64,000 nucleotides of DNA, taken from contig CP136572.1 in the NCBI GenBank assembly GCA_035193785.1, positions 3,092,578-3,156,577 on the forward strand. Direction: 5' to 3'. This DNA comes from Planktothrix sp. GU0601_MAG3 (lineage in GTDB: Bacteria > Cyanobacteriota > Cyanobacteriia > Cyanobacteriales > Microcoleaceae). A program made the position numbers and the translations under genes. How positions within the stretch are numbered: the first letter of the stretch is position 1; every line of letters begins with the position of its first letter. Under the pieces are notes generated by a model. The model was not told where the DNA came from, did not search any database, and saw only the letters and a program-made list of their open reading frames with translations. Positions 23,350 through 35,142 of this stretch are shown here, in pieces.

Positions 23350-24446
23350 CTATATACCCTTTTCTTCTAGGGCTTTTAACAACAGTTTTCTCCTATTTGC
23401 TGACAACCGACTAATTTCATCCCCTCGGACATAATATCCCCAGTCCGATATCCCCAATCTAAGACTTTTAAAACCGCATTTTCTAGTTTATCCGCCGCCA
23501 CGGGTTGCTCTAAACCATAGCGCAACATCATCGCCGCGCTCAGGACTTGGGCAAGGGGATTAGCCTTATCCTGTCCCGCAATATCGGGGGCTGAACCGTG
23601 AACGGGTTCAAACACCCCAGGGCCAGATTCCCCTAGGCTGGCAGACGGTAACATCCCGATACTTCCGGTTAACATCGCCGCTGCATCGGAGAGAATATCG
23701 CCAAATAAATTCCCCGTCACAATCGTATCAAACTGTTTGGGGGCGCGAACCAACTGCATAGCCGCGTTGTCAACATATAAATGAGATAGCTCGACATCGG
23801 GGTATTCGGAGGCGAGTAAGATGATCCGATCGCGCCATAACTGAGAAACATCTAAGACATTTGCCTTATCCACAGAACAAAGTCTCCCCCGACGTTTGCG
23901 GGCGGTTTCAAACCCGACACGGCCAATCCGATCAATCTCAGATTCGGTGTAGGCCATCGTATTAACGCCCCGTTTTTCTCCGGTTTCCGTCTGAAAAATA
24001 CCCTTGGGTTGTCCGAAATAAATGCCCCCGGTGAGTTCACGAACAACCATAATATCCACCCCCTCAACTACTTCTTTTTTCAGAGAAGAAGCATCAATTA
24101 AATGGGGTAGGATGGTAGCAGGACGCAAATTAGCAAATAATTTTAATCCCGCGCGTAACCCTAACAATCCGGTTTCTGGCCGTTGATGGCGGGGTAAATT
24201 GTCCCATTTGTATCCCCCAATCGCCGCTAACAGCACCGCATCACTTTTGAGACATTGTTCTAAGGTTTCTGGCGGCAGAGGTTCTCCGGTGGCATCAATG
24301 GCCGCCCCTCCCATCAAGGCTTGATGAAAATTGAAGGTAATATTCAGTTGCTTGCCAACGACTTTTAACGCATCGACCGCCACCGCTATAATTTCAGGGC
24401 CGATTCCATCGCCAGGAAGGAGAGTAATGCGGTAGTTTTGACTCAT
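23350..24446 (-). CDS. leuB: 3-isopropylmalate dehydrogenase
   Basis: [42 protein letters not shown]. The true stop is probably 23350 ([13 protein letters not shown]) after removing extra A's near 23386. Confidence 0.95.
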
Positions 24447-24643
24447 AATCCAAGGAAAGATAGTAACAAAACAGATTGGGTTAGACGAGGGTGAACCGGG
24501 TTAGCGATCGCCCAACCTTTAAATATAGCATTATTTTATCAAAAAGTAAGATTTTTAGTTTAAGATAGAAGATAGGAAATCAAGTATTTTTAGATAACAG
24601 ATTTTATAACTCGACCGACAACGGAATTAAGGAGGACAAGAAT

Positions 24644-25118
24644 ATGACCTATAAAAAAATTTTAGTATCAATTGATCGGACTCCCCAAGCAGAGTTTGTT
24701 TTTCATCAAAGTTTACAACTAGCCAAACTGTACGGAAGTGAGTTAAAACTGTTTCATTGCATTAGTGTATCACCGATGATTTTGGGTTCTCCCGGGGATT
24801 TATATGGTCAACGGTTAAATCAAGTGGCACAAATTCAACATGAATTAATTGAAAAAGAAATTAATGAAGTCTCTGGATGGTTAGCCACCTTTGTTAGTTA
24901 TGCCCAACAGCAAGGAGTTTCTATTGAAACTGAATATCAAGTGGGAGAAGCGGGATATTGGATAAGAGAAATGACCCAAAAATGGGGTGCTGATTTAGTG
25001 ATTGTGGGGAGACGCAACCGTTTCAGGGTTGGCAGAATTGTTTTTAGGAAGTGTGAGTAATTATGTCGTTCATCATGTTAAATGTTCCGTATTAATTGTG
25101 CAGCAACCTGAAGATTAA
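24644..25118 (+). CDS. universal stress protein (split near 25020)
   Basis: YKKILVSID; ADLVIVGRR; repaired tail SGLAELFLGSVSNYVVHHVKCSVLIV. Confidence 0.9.
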
Positions 25119-25300
25119 AAGGGTTAATTTTAACTCATTGTAGAGACGAGCTACGGCGCGTCTCTCTCTGGGTTTCTATAGCACTACGCATTAAAGTTAG
25201 GACACTTCTAAAGCCAGCAAACTCATTCACTGCTTACTGTTCTTTGTTCCGGTGTTCCCTGTTCCCTATTCCCTGTAGCACTAATTAAAGGATGGAATAT

Positions 25301-25333
25301 AAAAAACCTGATTTCTTAATCAGAAACCAGGTT
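25301..25333 (-). terminator. intrinsic terminator after rplL
   Basis: Minus strand AACCTGGTTTCT-GATTA-AGAAATCAGGTT followed by Ts. Confidence 0.65.
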
Positions 25334-25371
25334 AGGTATGAACAAAAAACTAAAACTAAGCAACGTTAAAA

Positions 25372-25758
25372 CTATTTAACCGAAGCTTTAGCACCAGCTT
25401 CTTCAAGTTTTTTCTTGGTGTTTTCAGCATCATCTTTATTAGTAGCCTGTTTAACCGCTTTAGGTGCTGCTTCCACTAAATCTTTAGCTTCTTTCAGACC
25501 TAAACCAGTCAGTTCACGCACCACTTTCAGAACTGCAATTTTCTTATCAGCAGGGAATTCTTCCAGGATGACATCAAATTCGGTTTTTTCTTCAACTTCT
25601 TCCACAGGAGCCGCCGCACCAGGAGCAGCAATTGCTACGCCCACGGGAGCCGCCGCGCTCACACCAAAAGCTTCTTCAATTTGTTTGACTAATTCAGACG
25701 CTTCTAACAGCGTTAAAGATTTCAGTTGTTCCAGAATTTGATCAGTAGTTGCAGACAT
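25372..25758 (-). CDS. rplL: 50S ribosomal protein L7/L12
   Basis: [39 protein letters not shown]. Confidence 0.98.
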   Translation of the reverse strand: MSATTDQILEQLKSLTLLEASELVKQIEEAFGVSAAAPVGVAIAAPGAAAPVEEVEEKTEFDVILEEFPADKKIAVLKVVRELTGLGLKEAKDLVEAAPKAVKQATNKDDAENTKKKLEEAGAKASVK

Positions 25759-25822
25759 TTCTTAAACTCCTAGACAATGTAACGGTTTGTGTTTGAGACT
25801 CGTAGCCAAAGCCAGATGAAAA

Positions 25823-26373
25823 CTAAGCAGCTTCGTCATTTGAGCCATCTTGATCTTTTTCCACATAGGCGTTAAGCGCCCGTGCCAAAGACCCTGGAAC
25901 CTCGTTGATACCGACGGCCAATTTGGTTGCCACACCATTGATAGCCCCAGCAATTTGAGCCATAAGTTGCTCTTTGGAGGGTAAATCTCCTAAAGCTTTA
26001 ACGTCACTTTCACTCAGCAGCTTGCCTTCCATGACGCCGCCGCGAACTTCCGTCTTTTTAGAAGCCTTTTGGAACGCTTGGTAGGCTTTAATAGCACTAC
26101 CGAAGTCTTCCTTAACTAATAAAAAGGCGTTAGAAAACCCTTGAGCAACTCATTCAACGGTTGCCAGTTGCTCTGACCTTCTATGGCGATTCGCATTAAG
26201 GTGTTTTTTGTTACCTTGCAAACACTACCCGAAGGACGAAGCTGTTGCCGTAAATTGGTGATTTCCGCAACGGACAAGCCGCTGTAGTCAATCACAATAG
26301 CCAGTTGTGAATCTTTAAGGGTTTCCTTAAGTTCGGCAACAATTTCTTGTTTATTTTCTAGGGTTCTTCCCAT
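25823..26373 (-). CDS. rplJ: 50S ribosomal protein L10 (split near 26135)
   Basis: [26 protein letters not shown]. Two extra Ts at GGTTCT. Confidence 0.95.
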
Positions 26374-26484
26374 TCTTGTTGAACCTCCTTATAGCATTGC
26401 AGTCCACTTCCATCTCCCCAAGGTGATGTGATGACCCACAATGGTTGACTCCTTCCCCGATTAAACAGCAGCGATTTCGCCATA

Positions 26485-26645
26485 AAAAACCTCGGTTCTC
26501 TCACCGAGGTCAAGACTTAAAACTTAAACATAAATCATCCACACAGACAGATTAATGAGGTCTGTAACCTGATTGTTTAGCTTTAAACTTATTGAACCTC
26601 GGCAGGAAATTAAGCGTTTCGCCCCTGCTGTCTGCGGTGAGTTAG
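26485..26645 (-). promoter_or_regulatory. L10 leader RNA with downstream hairpin
   Basis: Minus strand CCGCAGACAGCAGGGGCGAAACGCTTAATTTCCTGCCGAGG upstream of rplJ, then ACCTCGGT/ACCGAGGT hairpin plus a T run. Confidence 0.75.
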
Positions 26646-26784
26646 TCGTTTATTGGTTTAAATACGCAGTTTTCTATCCTCGCATATTTTGTTGGATTTG
26701 TCAACCCCCAATTCCGACTAGATCACCAGGGAAATCAGAACACCCTAGGCAAATTAATCCTAAAGGGTGACTGAAATCCCCAGA

Positions 26785-27501
26785 TTAAACTAGGTCTGCA
26801 ATTTTCAGTTCCCGCAGAGCCGTAATATCCACTTCAATCGATGGCCCCATGGTAGCCGCGACAAACACGCTGCGCCAGTAACGACCTTTAGCCCCAGAGG
26901 GACGGTTGCGGTCAATACATTCTTGCAGGGTGGATAGGTTCACCAGCAAATCCGCAGCCGAAAATCCGGTTTTCCCAAACATAACGTGAACGATCCCTGT
27001 ACGGTCGGCCCGGAATTCTAACTTCCCAGCTTTGAATTCAGCGATCGCACGAGCCACGTCCGTCGTCACCGTTCCCCCTTTCGGAGAAGGCATTAAGCCC
27101 TTCGGCCCTAACAACCGCCCCAGTTTTGCCACTTGAGGCATCATATCCGGTGTGGCAATTAAGCAATCAAAATCCAGCATTCCCTTCTGGATATCATTAA
27201 TTAAATCTTCAGATCCCACAAGATCAGCCCCGGCTGCTTGAGCTTCGGCGACTTTCTCCCCCTTCGTCAATACCGCCACCCGGATCACCTGACCCGTACC
27301 CTTGGGTAAACTCACCGTTGTTCGGAGTTGTTGGTCGGTATATTTGGGATCAAGACCCAAACGAATATGGGCTTCGGCTGATTCAGGAAACTTAGCTGTG
27401 GCGGTTTCCTTTAACAGATTAATCGCCTCTAAAGGTTCGTAGGGTCGGTCTTCAACCTTTTTTCTGAGTTCTCGTAATCGACGGGATTCTTTTCTTGCCA
27501 T
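26785..27501 (-). CDS. rplA: 50S ribosomal protein L1
   Basis: [33 protein letters not shown]. Confidence 0.98.
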   Translation of the reverse strand: MARKESRRLRELRKKVEDRPYEPLEAINLLKETATAKFPESAEAHIRLGLDPKYTDQQLRTTVSLPKGTGQVIRVAVLTKGEKVAEAQAAGADLVGSEDLINDIQKGMLDFDCLIATPDMMPQVAKLGRLLGPKGLMPSPKGGTVTTDVARAIAEFKAGKLEFRADRTGIVHVMFGKTGFSAADLLVNLSTLQECIDRNRPSGAKGRYWRSVFVAATMGPSIEVDITALRELKIADLV

Positions 27502-27659
27502 TCTATATCTCCTGGGGTGATAACGAAGCTAAACTTCTCCCCCAATAAAGGGTTAACAGAAATTACCTGAAATACTCAGGAATTCATTAATTGATTGCCA
27601 TTGAGCTACCCATTGAGACCGCCAACAGTTGAGCGTGCAGTTATCGGTCACAAATCGGC

Positions 27660-28086
27660 TCAATCAACAATGGTTACACCCATATTGCGGGCGGTTCCAG
27701 CCACAATTTTCATGGCCGCGTCCACATCATTGGCATTTAAGTCGGGCATTTTGGTTTCTGCAATTTCTCGTAACTGAGATTGCGTAATTTGGCCGACTTT
27801 CTTGCGGTTCGGTTTCCCCCGAGCCCCGTTCAACTCCAGCAGCTTTCCGAATTAACACCGAAGCCGGAGGGGTCTTGAGAATAAAGGTAAAACTGCGGTC
27901 TTCAAAAACCGAAATTTCCACCGGCACGACAAGACCTGCTTTATCTGCGGTTCTGGCGTTATACTCTTTGCAAAACGCCATAATATTCACCCCATGTTGA
28001 CCCAGGGCTGGGCCGATTGGGGGTGCAGGGTTGGCTTTGCCCGCAGTAATTGCCAACTTAATAACTGCTACAACTTTCTTTGCCAT
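27660..28086 (-). CDS. rplK: 50S ribosomal protein L11 (split near 27812)
   Basis: [22 protein letters not shown]; repaired tail [12 protein letters not shown]. Confidence 0.97.
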
Positions 28087-28089
28087 TCC

Positions 28090-28764
28090 TTAGCCTTGTT
28101 TTTCTACCTGATTAAACTCTAATTCTACCGGGGTATCCCGTCCAAAAATCGAAAGTAGAGCCTTAAGCTTACTCCGCTCTGGACTGACTTCAATCACGCC
28201 CCCTTCAAAGTCTTTAAATGGCCCTGAAAGCACAATGATATGATCCCCAATCGCCATTGCTGCCTTGACAATCGGTTCCTGTTGTTGCGCTTGTCTGAAG
28301 ATTCGTTCCACCTCGGCATTACTCAAAGGTAGAGGTTTAACGTGACCTCGACCTCGACCGGAATGCCGTTTTTGTTCCGCCCCAACGAAGTTGATAACGT
28401 GCGGCGTGTTCTTGACCACCTGCCAAGCTTCATCGTCAATTTCCCAGCGATTGAGTTCGTTATTCCATTTCAGTCTCATCTGGATGAGAACATAACCTGG
28501 AAACACCTTCTCCTCACCATGTTGACGACTGCCATCTTTCCGCAGTTTAATCATTGGGGTGTGGGGAATTTCCACCTTCAAAATTCGTTCCGCAACATCT
28601 AGGGTTTGTACCCGTTGTTCCAGGTTCGCTTTGACTCGTTTTTCACAGCCAGAAGCCACCTGAACAGCATACCAACGACGCTCTCCCGGTGAAAACTCCT
28701 GGGAATGCTCGTCTGTATCTGCCATTTGGTCTGAATGTTGTGATTCGTCCGATGTAAAAGTCAT
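28090..28764 (-). CDS. nusG: transcription termination/antitermination factor NusG
   Basis: WYAVQVASGCEKRV, FPGYVL, KOW motif GPFKDFEG, IFGRDTPVELEF. Its ATG overlaps the secE stop. Confidence 0.97.
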   Translation of the reverse strand: MTFTSDESQHSDQMADTDEHSQEFSPGERRWYAVQVASGCEKRVKANLEQRVQTLDVAERILKVEIPHTPMIKLRKDGSRQHGEEKVFPGYVLIQMRLKWNNELNRWEIDDEAWQVVKNTPHVINFVGAEQKRHSGRGRGHVKPLPLSNAEVERIFRQAQQQEPIVKAAMAIGDHIIVLSGPFKDFEGGVIEVSPERSKLKALLSIFGRDTPVELEFNQVEKQG

Positions 28765-28991
28765 CCGAAGATTTGCCCCGACGCCCAACGAAGGAAGTTG
28801 TCTGCTAAATAGATCAAGCTGGCCGAGAGAGTGACCATCAACAATACCCCTGCCGACTCACTCAAGAGTTGCTGTCGGCCGGGCCAGACCACTTTGTCTA
28901 ATTCCTCTTTTGTTTCTTTGAGGAACGTAGAAGCGTTAAAGCCAGAAGTTGTTTCTTCAATTGCAACTTCTTCTTTCTTGTTGACCACCAT
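28761..28991 (-). CDS. secE: preprotein translocase subunit SecE
   Basis: FLKETKEELDKVVWPGRQQL plus a TM segment; conserved synteny. Confidence 0.93.
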   Translation of the reverse strand: MVVNKKEEVAIEETTSGFNASTFLKETKEELDKVVWPGRQQLLSESAGVLLMVTLSASLIYLADNFLRWASGQIFG

Positions 28992-29170
28992 GAACTCCCC
29001 TTGCGATCTTACGGTATCTGATCCTGATCCTAGCTGAAAGAGGGTCACACAGCCGCCCAAACTTTTAAAACTATCATACTGAACCCCTCAACACAATGTC
29101 CCGATTTGTTGCTTTTCGGAACAATGCCCAGACGAAAGTAATCTTGCGTCTGGGCATTGGAGGTATCCAG

Positions 29171-29243
29171 CGCGCCCTGGAGGACTTGAACCCCCGACAT
29201 CAGGTTTTGGAGACCTGCGTTCTACCAACTGAACTAAGAGCGC
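29171..29243 (-). tRNA. trnW: tRNA-Trp(CCA)
   Basis: GCGCTCTTAGTTCAGTTGGTAGAACGCAGGTCTCCAAAACCTG...GGTTCAAGTCC; lies upstream of secE. Confidence 0.96.
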
Positions 29244-29358
29244 ATAGCGGAGTGGCTGATCTTCTACCTTATTTAGCTTAACACAACTTACAGATTTTAG
29301 TTAAACTTTTTTTCCGATGATCGCCAGGGGAATCATGGAATCTCTGGCGTTGCCCAAA

Positions 29359-29745
29359 TTATAGACTCCGATCAAACCGTTGTTTAACGCGAGTGGCTTT
29401 ACCAATCCGATCGCGGAGATAGAACAGTTTAGCCCGGCGGACTTTACCCCGACGGATAACTTTAATATCTGCAATTCTCGGAGAATGGATTAAGAAAACT
29501 CTCTCAACCCCTACCCCTTGAAAAATCTTCCGCACAGTGATGGTGGCGTTAATCCCGCCATGACGTTTGGCAATCACCACTCCTTCATAGGGCTGAATCC
29601 GTTCTTTCCCGCCCTCTTGAATTTTCACCGCAACCTTGATCGTATCGCCGACATAAATCTCGGGAAGATCGGGTTTATTGAGTTGCTGTCGGAGGCTTTC
29701 AATTTCTGCCGTTTCAATAGAACGGATAATTTCTCCCGCTTTCAT
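29359..29745 (-). CDS. rplS: 50S ribosomal protein L19
   Basis: VGDTIKV...[28 protein letters not shown]. Start MKAGEII. Confidence 0.97.
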   Translation of the reverse strand: MKAGEIIRSIETAEIESLRQQLNKPDLPEIYVGDTIKVAVKIQEGGKERIQPYEGVVIAKRHGGINATITVRKIFQGVGVERVFLIHSPRIADIKVIRRGKVRRAKLFYLRDRIGKATRVKQRFDRSL

Positions 29746-29827
29746 GATAATTTTCCAAAACTCACAAGATCCGATTATAGATCGAAAAGGACTGTAAAAT
29801 CCATAGGATTCACCTGGATTCACAAAG

Positions 29828-31115
29828 ATGTTAGACCAATCCATGACCGTCTTCGTTGAAATTGTGTTGCTGTGCGGGTTAGCCTTCTATGTTGCCTGTA
29901 ATCTAGGGGCTAATGATGTGGCAAACTCGATGGGGACATCGGTGGGTTCCAAGGCGTTGACTCTGAAACAAGCAATCATCGCCGCCGGGATTTTAGAGTT
30001 TACCGGGGCAGTATTTTTTGGAGAGCGAGTCTCTAAAACCTTAGCTACGGGGGTTGTTAACCCGGAAGTTTTTATCTCCACCCCACAAGTCTTTGTGATC
30101 GGGATGGTATCGGTATTGCTTTCGGCGGGAGTCTGGTTACAAATTGCTACCCGTCAGGGATTACCCGTATCTTCGTCCCATGCGGTGGTGGGGGCGATCG
30201 CCGGATTTAGTTGTATTGCCGCTGGGGTCAAGGCGGTTAACTGGCAAACCATCGGTTTAATATCCTTGAGTTGGTTAATTGTTCCCGTACTCAGTGGTCT
30301 GATTTCGGCTTTATTTTATAAGCTGATCAAATATTGGATTTTAGACCAACCCGATCCCTATCGCCAAATCCAAGAATGGATTCCCTGGTTAAGTAGTATC
30401 TTAATCGGAATTTTTGGGGTGATTGTCTTCCCGACTTTGAGTTCACCCTTGCAAAATATCCTAACCGAATGGGGGTGGACGTTACCCGTCCATGATATTC
30501 CTTTAGGGATTGGGGTGATCGCGGCGGTCAGTTTAACTGGATTCAGTTGGCGACAATTGGATCAACAGCAGCAGGGTGTTAGTTTCTGATTCCCTACCTG
30601 AAAAATTTCCTGGGATCGAAAAACAACTGGCGGGATTTCAGGTGATTAGTGCCTGTTTTGTAGCTTTTGCCCACGGGTCAAATGATGTGGGAAATACCAT
30701 CGCCCCCCTAGCCGCGATTTTAGCGGTAATTAAAACGGGTTCAGTCCCCCTGGACGATATTGAAATCCCGATTTGGATTTTACTATTAGGGGGGAGTGGG
30801 ATTGTCACCGGGCTCGCCATCTGGGGTGAAAATGTGATTAAAACCGTCGGAGAAAATATTATTTCCCTGGTTCCGAGTCAGGGATTGTGTGCGGAATTGG
30901 CCACGGCTGCCACCGTATTATTGGCGTCCCGTTTGGGATTACCCGTTTCCACTTCCCATGCGTTGGTGGGGGGGGTGGTGGGCATTGGACTGGTACAGGG
31001 GGGAAAAGAGGTTCGCCTGGATACCGTCCGTTCCATTGTCTTAGCCTGGGTGATTACTGTTCCTAGTGCGGCTATAATCAGTGGGATTTTATTTAAAATA
31101 TTCAATGGATTATAA
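29828..31115 (+). CDS. PiT family inorganic phosphate transporter (split near 30583)
   Basis: [27 protein letters not shown]. Confidence 0.92.
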
Positions 31116-31337
31116 AATATGGCACATTAAAAACGAGCGTGTCTTTACACGCCGAGTGAGCTATTGTTGAGTTTAGGTTTTTGGGGATAATTCTTCCCTG
31201 GCTTTGCCATTTTTCCCGTTGTGCCTTTATCGGTAGAGACTAGAATTTCTAGTCTGTAAATTGTGAAACCCGGTATGCAGCGTTGGTATGAGTGGCGTCA
31301 TGGCTGAATCAGCAGATCAATAAGAGGTTAATCACGA

Positions 31338-33054
31338 ATGGGGACACAGGACAATCAACCGCCACCTTTAGGATTGGGAGAAACCACATCCGCAGAAATA
31401 ATCCTAAGTTCGGTGATACAGGAATTAGAAACCTTCCATCACCAGATTAAGGAAAGATATCTGTCAGATATCCAACGACTCGAAACGGATAAAGTTCGTT
31501 TAATTGAGGATATTGAAAATCTGCAAACGGAATATCGGCTACTGCAATCCCAGCAGTTACAAACGCTGTCCGATCGCCTTCCGCCCAATCGAGCTTGGCT
31601 CAAACAACTGACCCAAATTGTGGCGCGTGATGTGGAACAAGCTTTGATCGCACGCATTAATCAAATTAAAGCAGCCAGTGATCCGCCTTTATTAGCGGCG
31701 GATGCGAGTGGACTGCTTCCGAGTGGCGATCTCGGTGAGGAAAATTTCAATAATCGAGAGTTGGAAGCGGTTTTGGAAACCAGTCTGAACCAAACTTTTC
31801 AAAGTTTACAGCAGGAGTTAGGTGACTATCAAAGTAACCTATCTCGACGGTTGAACCATATGCAAACCTTGGAACAGCAGGTGGAAGCATTGCTGGAAAC
31901 CATTGTTAATCGTTTGCAAGAACAGGTGGAAACACCAACGGTGCGGGGGGAGGGTTCCCGTCCAGAACTAGCAGGTGGACGTCCTGACTCCCTGACCCCA
32001 GCTAATAAGGCCCTGACCAATCGCTCAGAAACCGTTGCGGGTTTCCAAGCCCAAGTCGTTTTCTCCGGTGCAGTTGGGTCTATTTTTGGCGTTACTGTCG
32101 GCGGTATCTCTATCGTTGTTTAACGTTTGTTTAAAGATTATTCTCAAAGGGCCACAACCGCGAGAAATCTTGGGTTTATTTTCCTTAGAAGGAATTATTA
32201 GTCCGGGGATCGGAAACTCCTTATTAATCTTGTTACTCCGCATGATTGTGGTCATGGGACTGATGCCGATTGTGGCAACTTTCCTTTATCCTCCGGTATG
32301 GGGTGATCTGCGACGTTTTATTCATTCCGGTGATCGTCGTTTAATGTTGACGGTGATTGGTAGTGGATTTTTCTTGTTTGTATCCCAGGTCGCTATCTAT
32401 GTAGCTATTGGTGAGATTCCGACCGGAATTGCGATTACGATTTTCTTTATCTATCCGATTGTGACGGTAATTGCCTCTTGGGGTTTATTTGGAGATCGAC
32501 CGACCATAATTCGGGTGATTGCCATGATTGTTATTCTGGCTGGGGGGATTCTCTGTTTACCTGCCCGAAATCCTAATATTGCCATGGGAAATGTACAGGT
32601 GGGGGTGATTGCTGCGATCAGTGCAGGTGTGGCTTTTGCCGGGTATGTGTTACTGACTCAAGTGGCGGCGGGAAAACTCCATCCGATCCCGTTTAGTTTG
32701 GTGAACTTTGCATCAATTTTTGTCTTTTCTTCTGTGAGTTTAATGTTGCTACCCGATAGTTTGGGGATTAGTATTGAACCGGGGGTTTGGAACGGATTAA
32801 TGATTGGGGGTGTTATTTTAGGTGTTCTCACCCTATCCAGTTATTTATTAAATAATTTCGCCATTCGCTCGGCCGGAGCCGCCTTAGCCTCCATTATTGG
32901 GACAACTGGGCCAGCTTTAACCGCGTTGTTTGCCTTCTGGATTATTGGTGAGGCGATTAAACAGCAACAAATCTATGGGATGGCGTTAGTGATTTTAGGT
33001 GTGGGGGCGATGAGTGTTGAACGGATGATTGCCCCGAAACGCAAGACTAGCTAA
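31338..33054 (+). CDS. sepJ: septal junction protein SepJ (coiled coil + short linker + DMT permease; split near 32028)
   Basis: The N-terminal coiled coil has [19 protein letters not shown], matching SepJ as I recall it. The C-terminus is an EamA/DMT permease ([18 protein letters not shown]). Confidence 0.8.
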
Positions 33055-33058
33055 GGTT

Positions 33059-33430
33059 GGGAGCAGGGGAGCAGGGGAGCAGGGGGAGCAGGGGAGGCAG
33101 GGGGAGCAGGGGGAGCAGGGGAGGCAGGGGGAGCAGGGGGAGCAGGGGGAGCAGGGGAGGCAGGGGGAGCAGGGGGAGCAGGGGAGGCAGGGGGAGCAGG
33201 GGGAGCAGGGGAGGCAGGGGGAGCAGGGGAGGCAGGGGGAGCAGGGGGAGCAGGGGGAGCAGGGGGAGCAGGGGGAGCAGGGGGAGCAGGGGAGGCAGGG
33301 GGAGCAGGGGGAGCAGGGGGAGCAGGGGAGGCAGGGGAGGTAAACTTTTGCTATTACCCATTCGTAATTCGTAATTCGTAATTCTTAGTCCCCCATTCGT
33401 AATTCGTAATTCGTAATTCGTAATTCGTAA
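33059..33430 (-). repeat. composite STRR (~280-bp G-rich 9-mer array, linker, TCGTAAT arrays)
   Basis: (GGGGGAGCA/GGGGAGGCA)n; linker at 33339-33358; (TTCGTAA)n. Confidence 0.92.
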
Positions 33431-33448
33431 GCTGACTCGGTGACTTCT

Positions 33449-34324
33449 CTACTTAGAAAATACCCCTGTTCCTCTAAGGACATCGAGGAAAGCAAAAACC
33501 GCCGGGACATGGAAGCCATTTGACCAGAGGGCGGCTCCGATGACTCTTTCTAGGGGTACAGGTAAGGCTCTGACTTGGACTTGGGGGGGAATGGGTAGGG
33601 CGGCTAAACGGGGTAAGATGGCAGCCCCTAATCCCTGAGCCACCATACTAACAATGGTTGAATCTTCTTTAATTTGATAGGCGACTTTTAAGGATTGTCC
33701 CCATTTTGCCCAATGTTCCCGCACCGCAGAAGTACATTCGGCATAATTAAATAAAATAAACGAGTAGGTCGAGAGTTCTTCCCAGGTTAGGGTTGGGGGA
33801 ACTTGACCCGCCGATGTGGGTAGTAATACCACATATTCATCCCGGGAAATTTCCCAGGTTTCAAATTCTTCAGACCGGGGTAGGGGAAGTAACCCAATAT
33901 CCACTTGACCGGTGCGCAAACTCTGTTCAATTCCCAGGGGGTCGGTTTCGGTAATGGTGATTTCTACATCGGGGAAACGGCCGCGAAACTGGGCAACTTT
34001 TGGGGGGAGGATATGGGTAGCCGCACTACGAAAGGAGGCAACCCGAATTTTTCCCCGATGTAAACCTTTTTCTAAATTGACTTCATAATCAATTTTTTCA
34101 CGCAGTTCTAAGATTTTACCCGCGTGTAGCATCACCCGTTCTCCGATGAGGGTGGGACGAGCACCAAATCGTCCCCGCAGCAGTAGGGGAAGACCAAGTT
34201 CATCTTCTAAAGCGGCAATCGCCCGACTGACGGCAGATTGAGAGATATTTAAACTCAATGCTGCTTCTGAAAAGCTTCCTTGTTCTGCTACCGCTAGTAA
34301 AATTTCAAGTTGATCAATATTCAT
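33449..34324 (-). CDS. LysR family transcriptional regulator
   Basis: MNIDQLEILLAVAEQGSFSEAALSLNISQSAVSRAI HTH; MVAQGLGAAILP. Confidence 0.93.
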   Translation of the reverse strand: MNIDQLEILLAVAEQGSFSEAALSLNISQSAVSRAIAALEDELGLPLLLRGRFGARPTLIGERVMLHAGKILELREKIDYEVNLEKGLHRGKIRVASFRSAATHILPPKVAQFRGRFPDVEITITETDPLGIEQSLRTGQVDIGLLPLPRSEEFETWEISRDEYVVLLPTSAGQVPPTLTWEELSTYSFILFNYAECTSAVREHWAKWGQSLKVAYQIKEDSTIVSMVAQGLGAAILPRLAALPIPPQVQVRALPVPLERVIGAALWSNGFHVPAVFAFLDVLRGTGVFSK

Positions 34325-34508
34325 CTTGCTTTTAACTGTTAGCGACCCGCCATGAGCTTCCATACTCACTGAGAAAATTTTAACTTGAGTTGCTATAAAT
34401 TATATTATAGTAAATCTTAGTAATTTTTTTACTCAAAATCCCTAGAGCAAACTCTGGATCGTTGATTGAGATTGCCCACCTGTTTAGATTAAGTTAATAA
34501 ATAAAAAT

Positions 34509-35015
34509 ATGTCTAAATTTAATTTCTTAAATTCCCCGAAAAAATGGCTATATTTATCTTTTTCTGGTATATTTTTAATTTTATTGATATTGGGTTTATT
34601 TCATTTTGATAATAAAATCCGTAGGGGTCAGCAAGCCCAAGGCAGATCGATTTTAAAAACTTTGATTAAAAATCAAGATCAACAGTTTAAAACCTATGGT
34701 AAATTTACACCTAACTTAGAAAATTTATATCGAGGCACTTCAACAGGAATCGGAACCTATAAATTTAAGATGACGGTAGAATCGGATCAGGTATTCTTTG
34801 AAGCTATTCCGATTATTTGGCGTCGGGTTAGTTACTCTGGGGCTTTATTTAAGATTAAAACAGATAACTCCTTTGTGCTCGTGGGAGGAATTTGTAAAAG
34901 TCCTAACTCCTCGATGACTGCTCCCACTCCCATTCAACCTCCTGTGCCTAAGTTTCATCAAGTTCGCTGTCCTCTTGATGCTGAACTGGTGGAATCTATG
35001 AAGTTTTCCAGGTAG
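34509..35015 (+). CDS. type IV pilin-like G/H family protein
   Basis: TM segment, then a Q...GKFT..L..L motif and SYSGA...C pattern seen in cyanobacterial pilin-like proteins. Confidence 0.55.
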   Translation: MSKFNFLNSPKKWLYLSFSGIFLILLILGLFHFDNKIRRGQQAQGRSILKTLIKNQDQQFKTYGKFTPNLENLYRGTSTGIGTYKFKMTVESDQVFFEAIPIIWRRVSYSGALFKIKTDNSFVLVGGICKSPNSSMTAPTPIQPPVPKFHQVRCPLDAELVESMKFSR

Positions 35016-35142
35016 AATATAAAATTAATATTAATGTCTAAATCTAAATCATTATATGACAATATTCCTACCGTTTCGTATTATTCTATACTTATCCTCT
35101 TTTATCCTCCAAAAATTGCTAACTAACTAAAATTTGAGTAAA

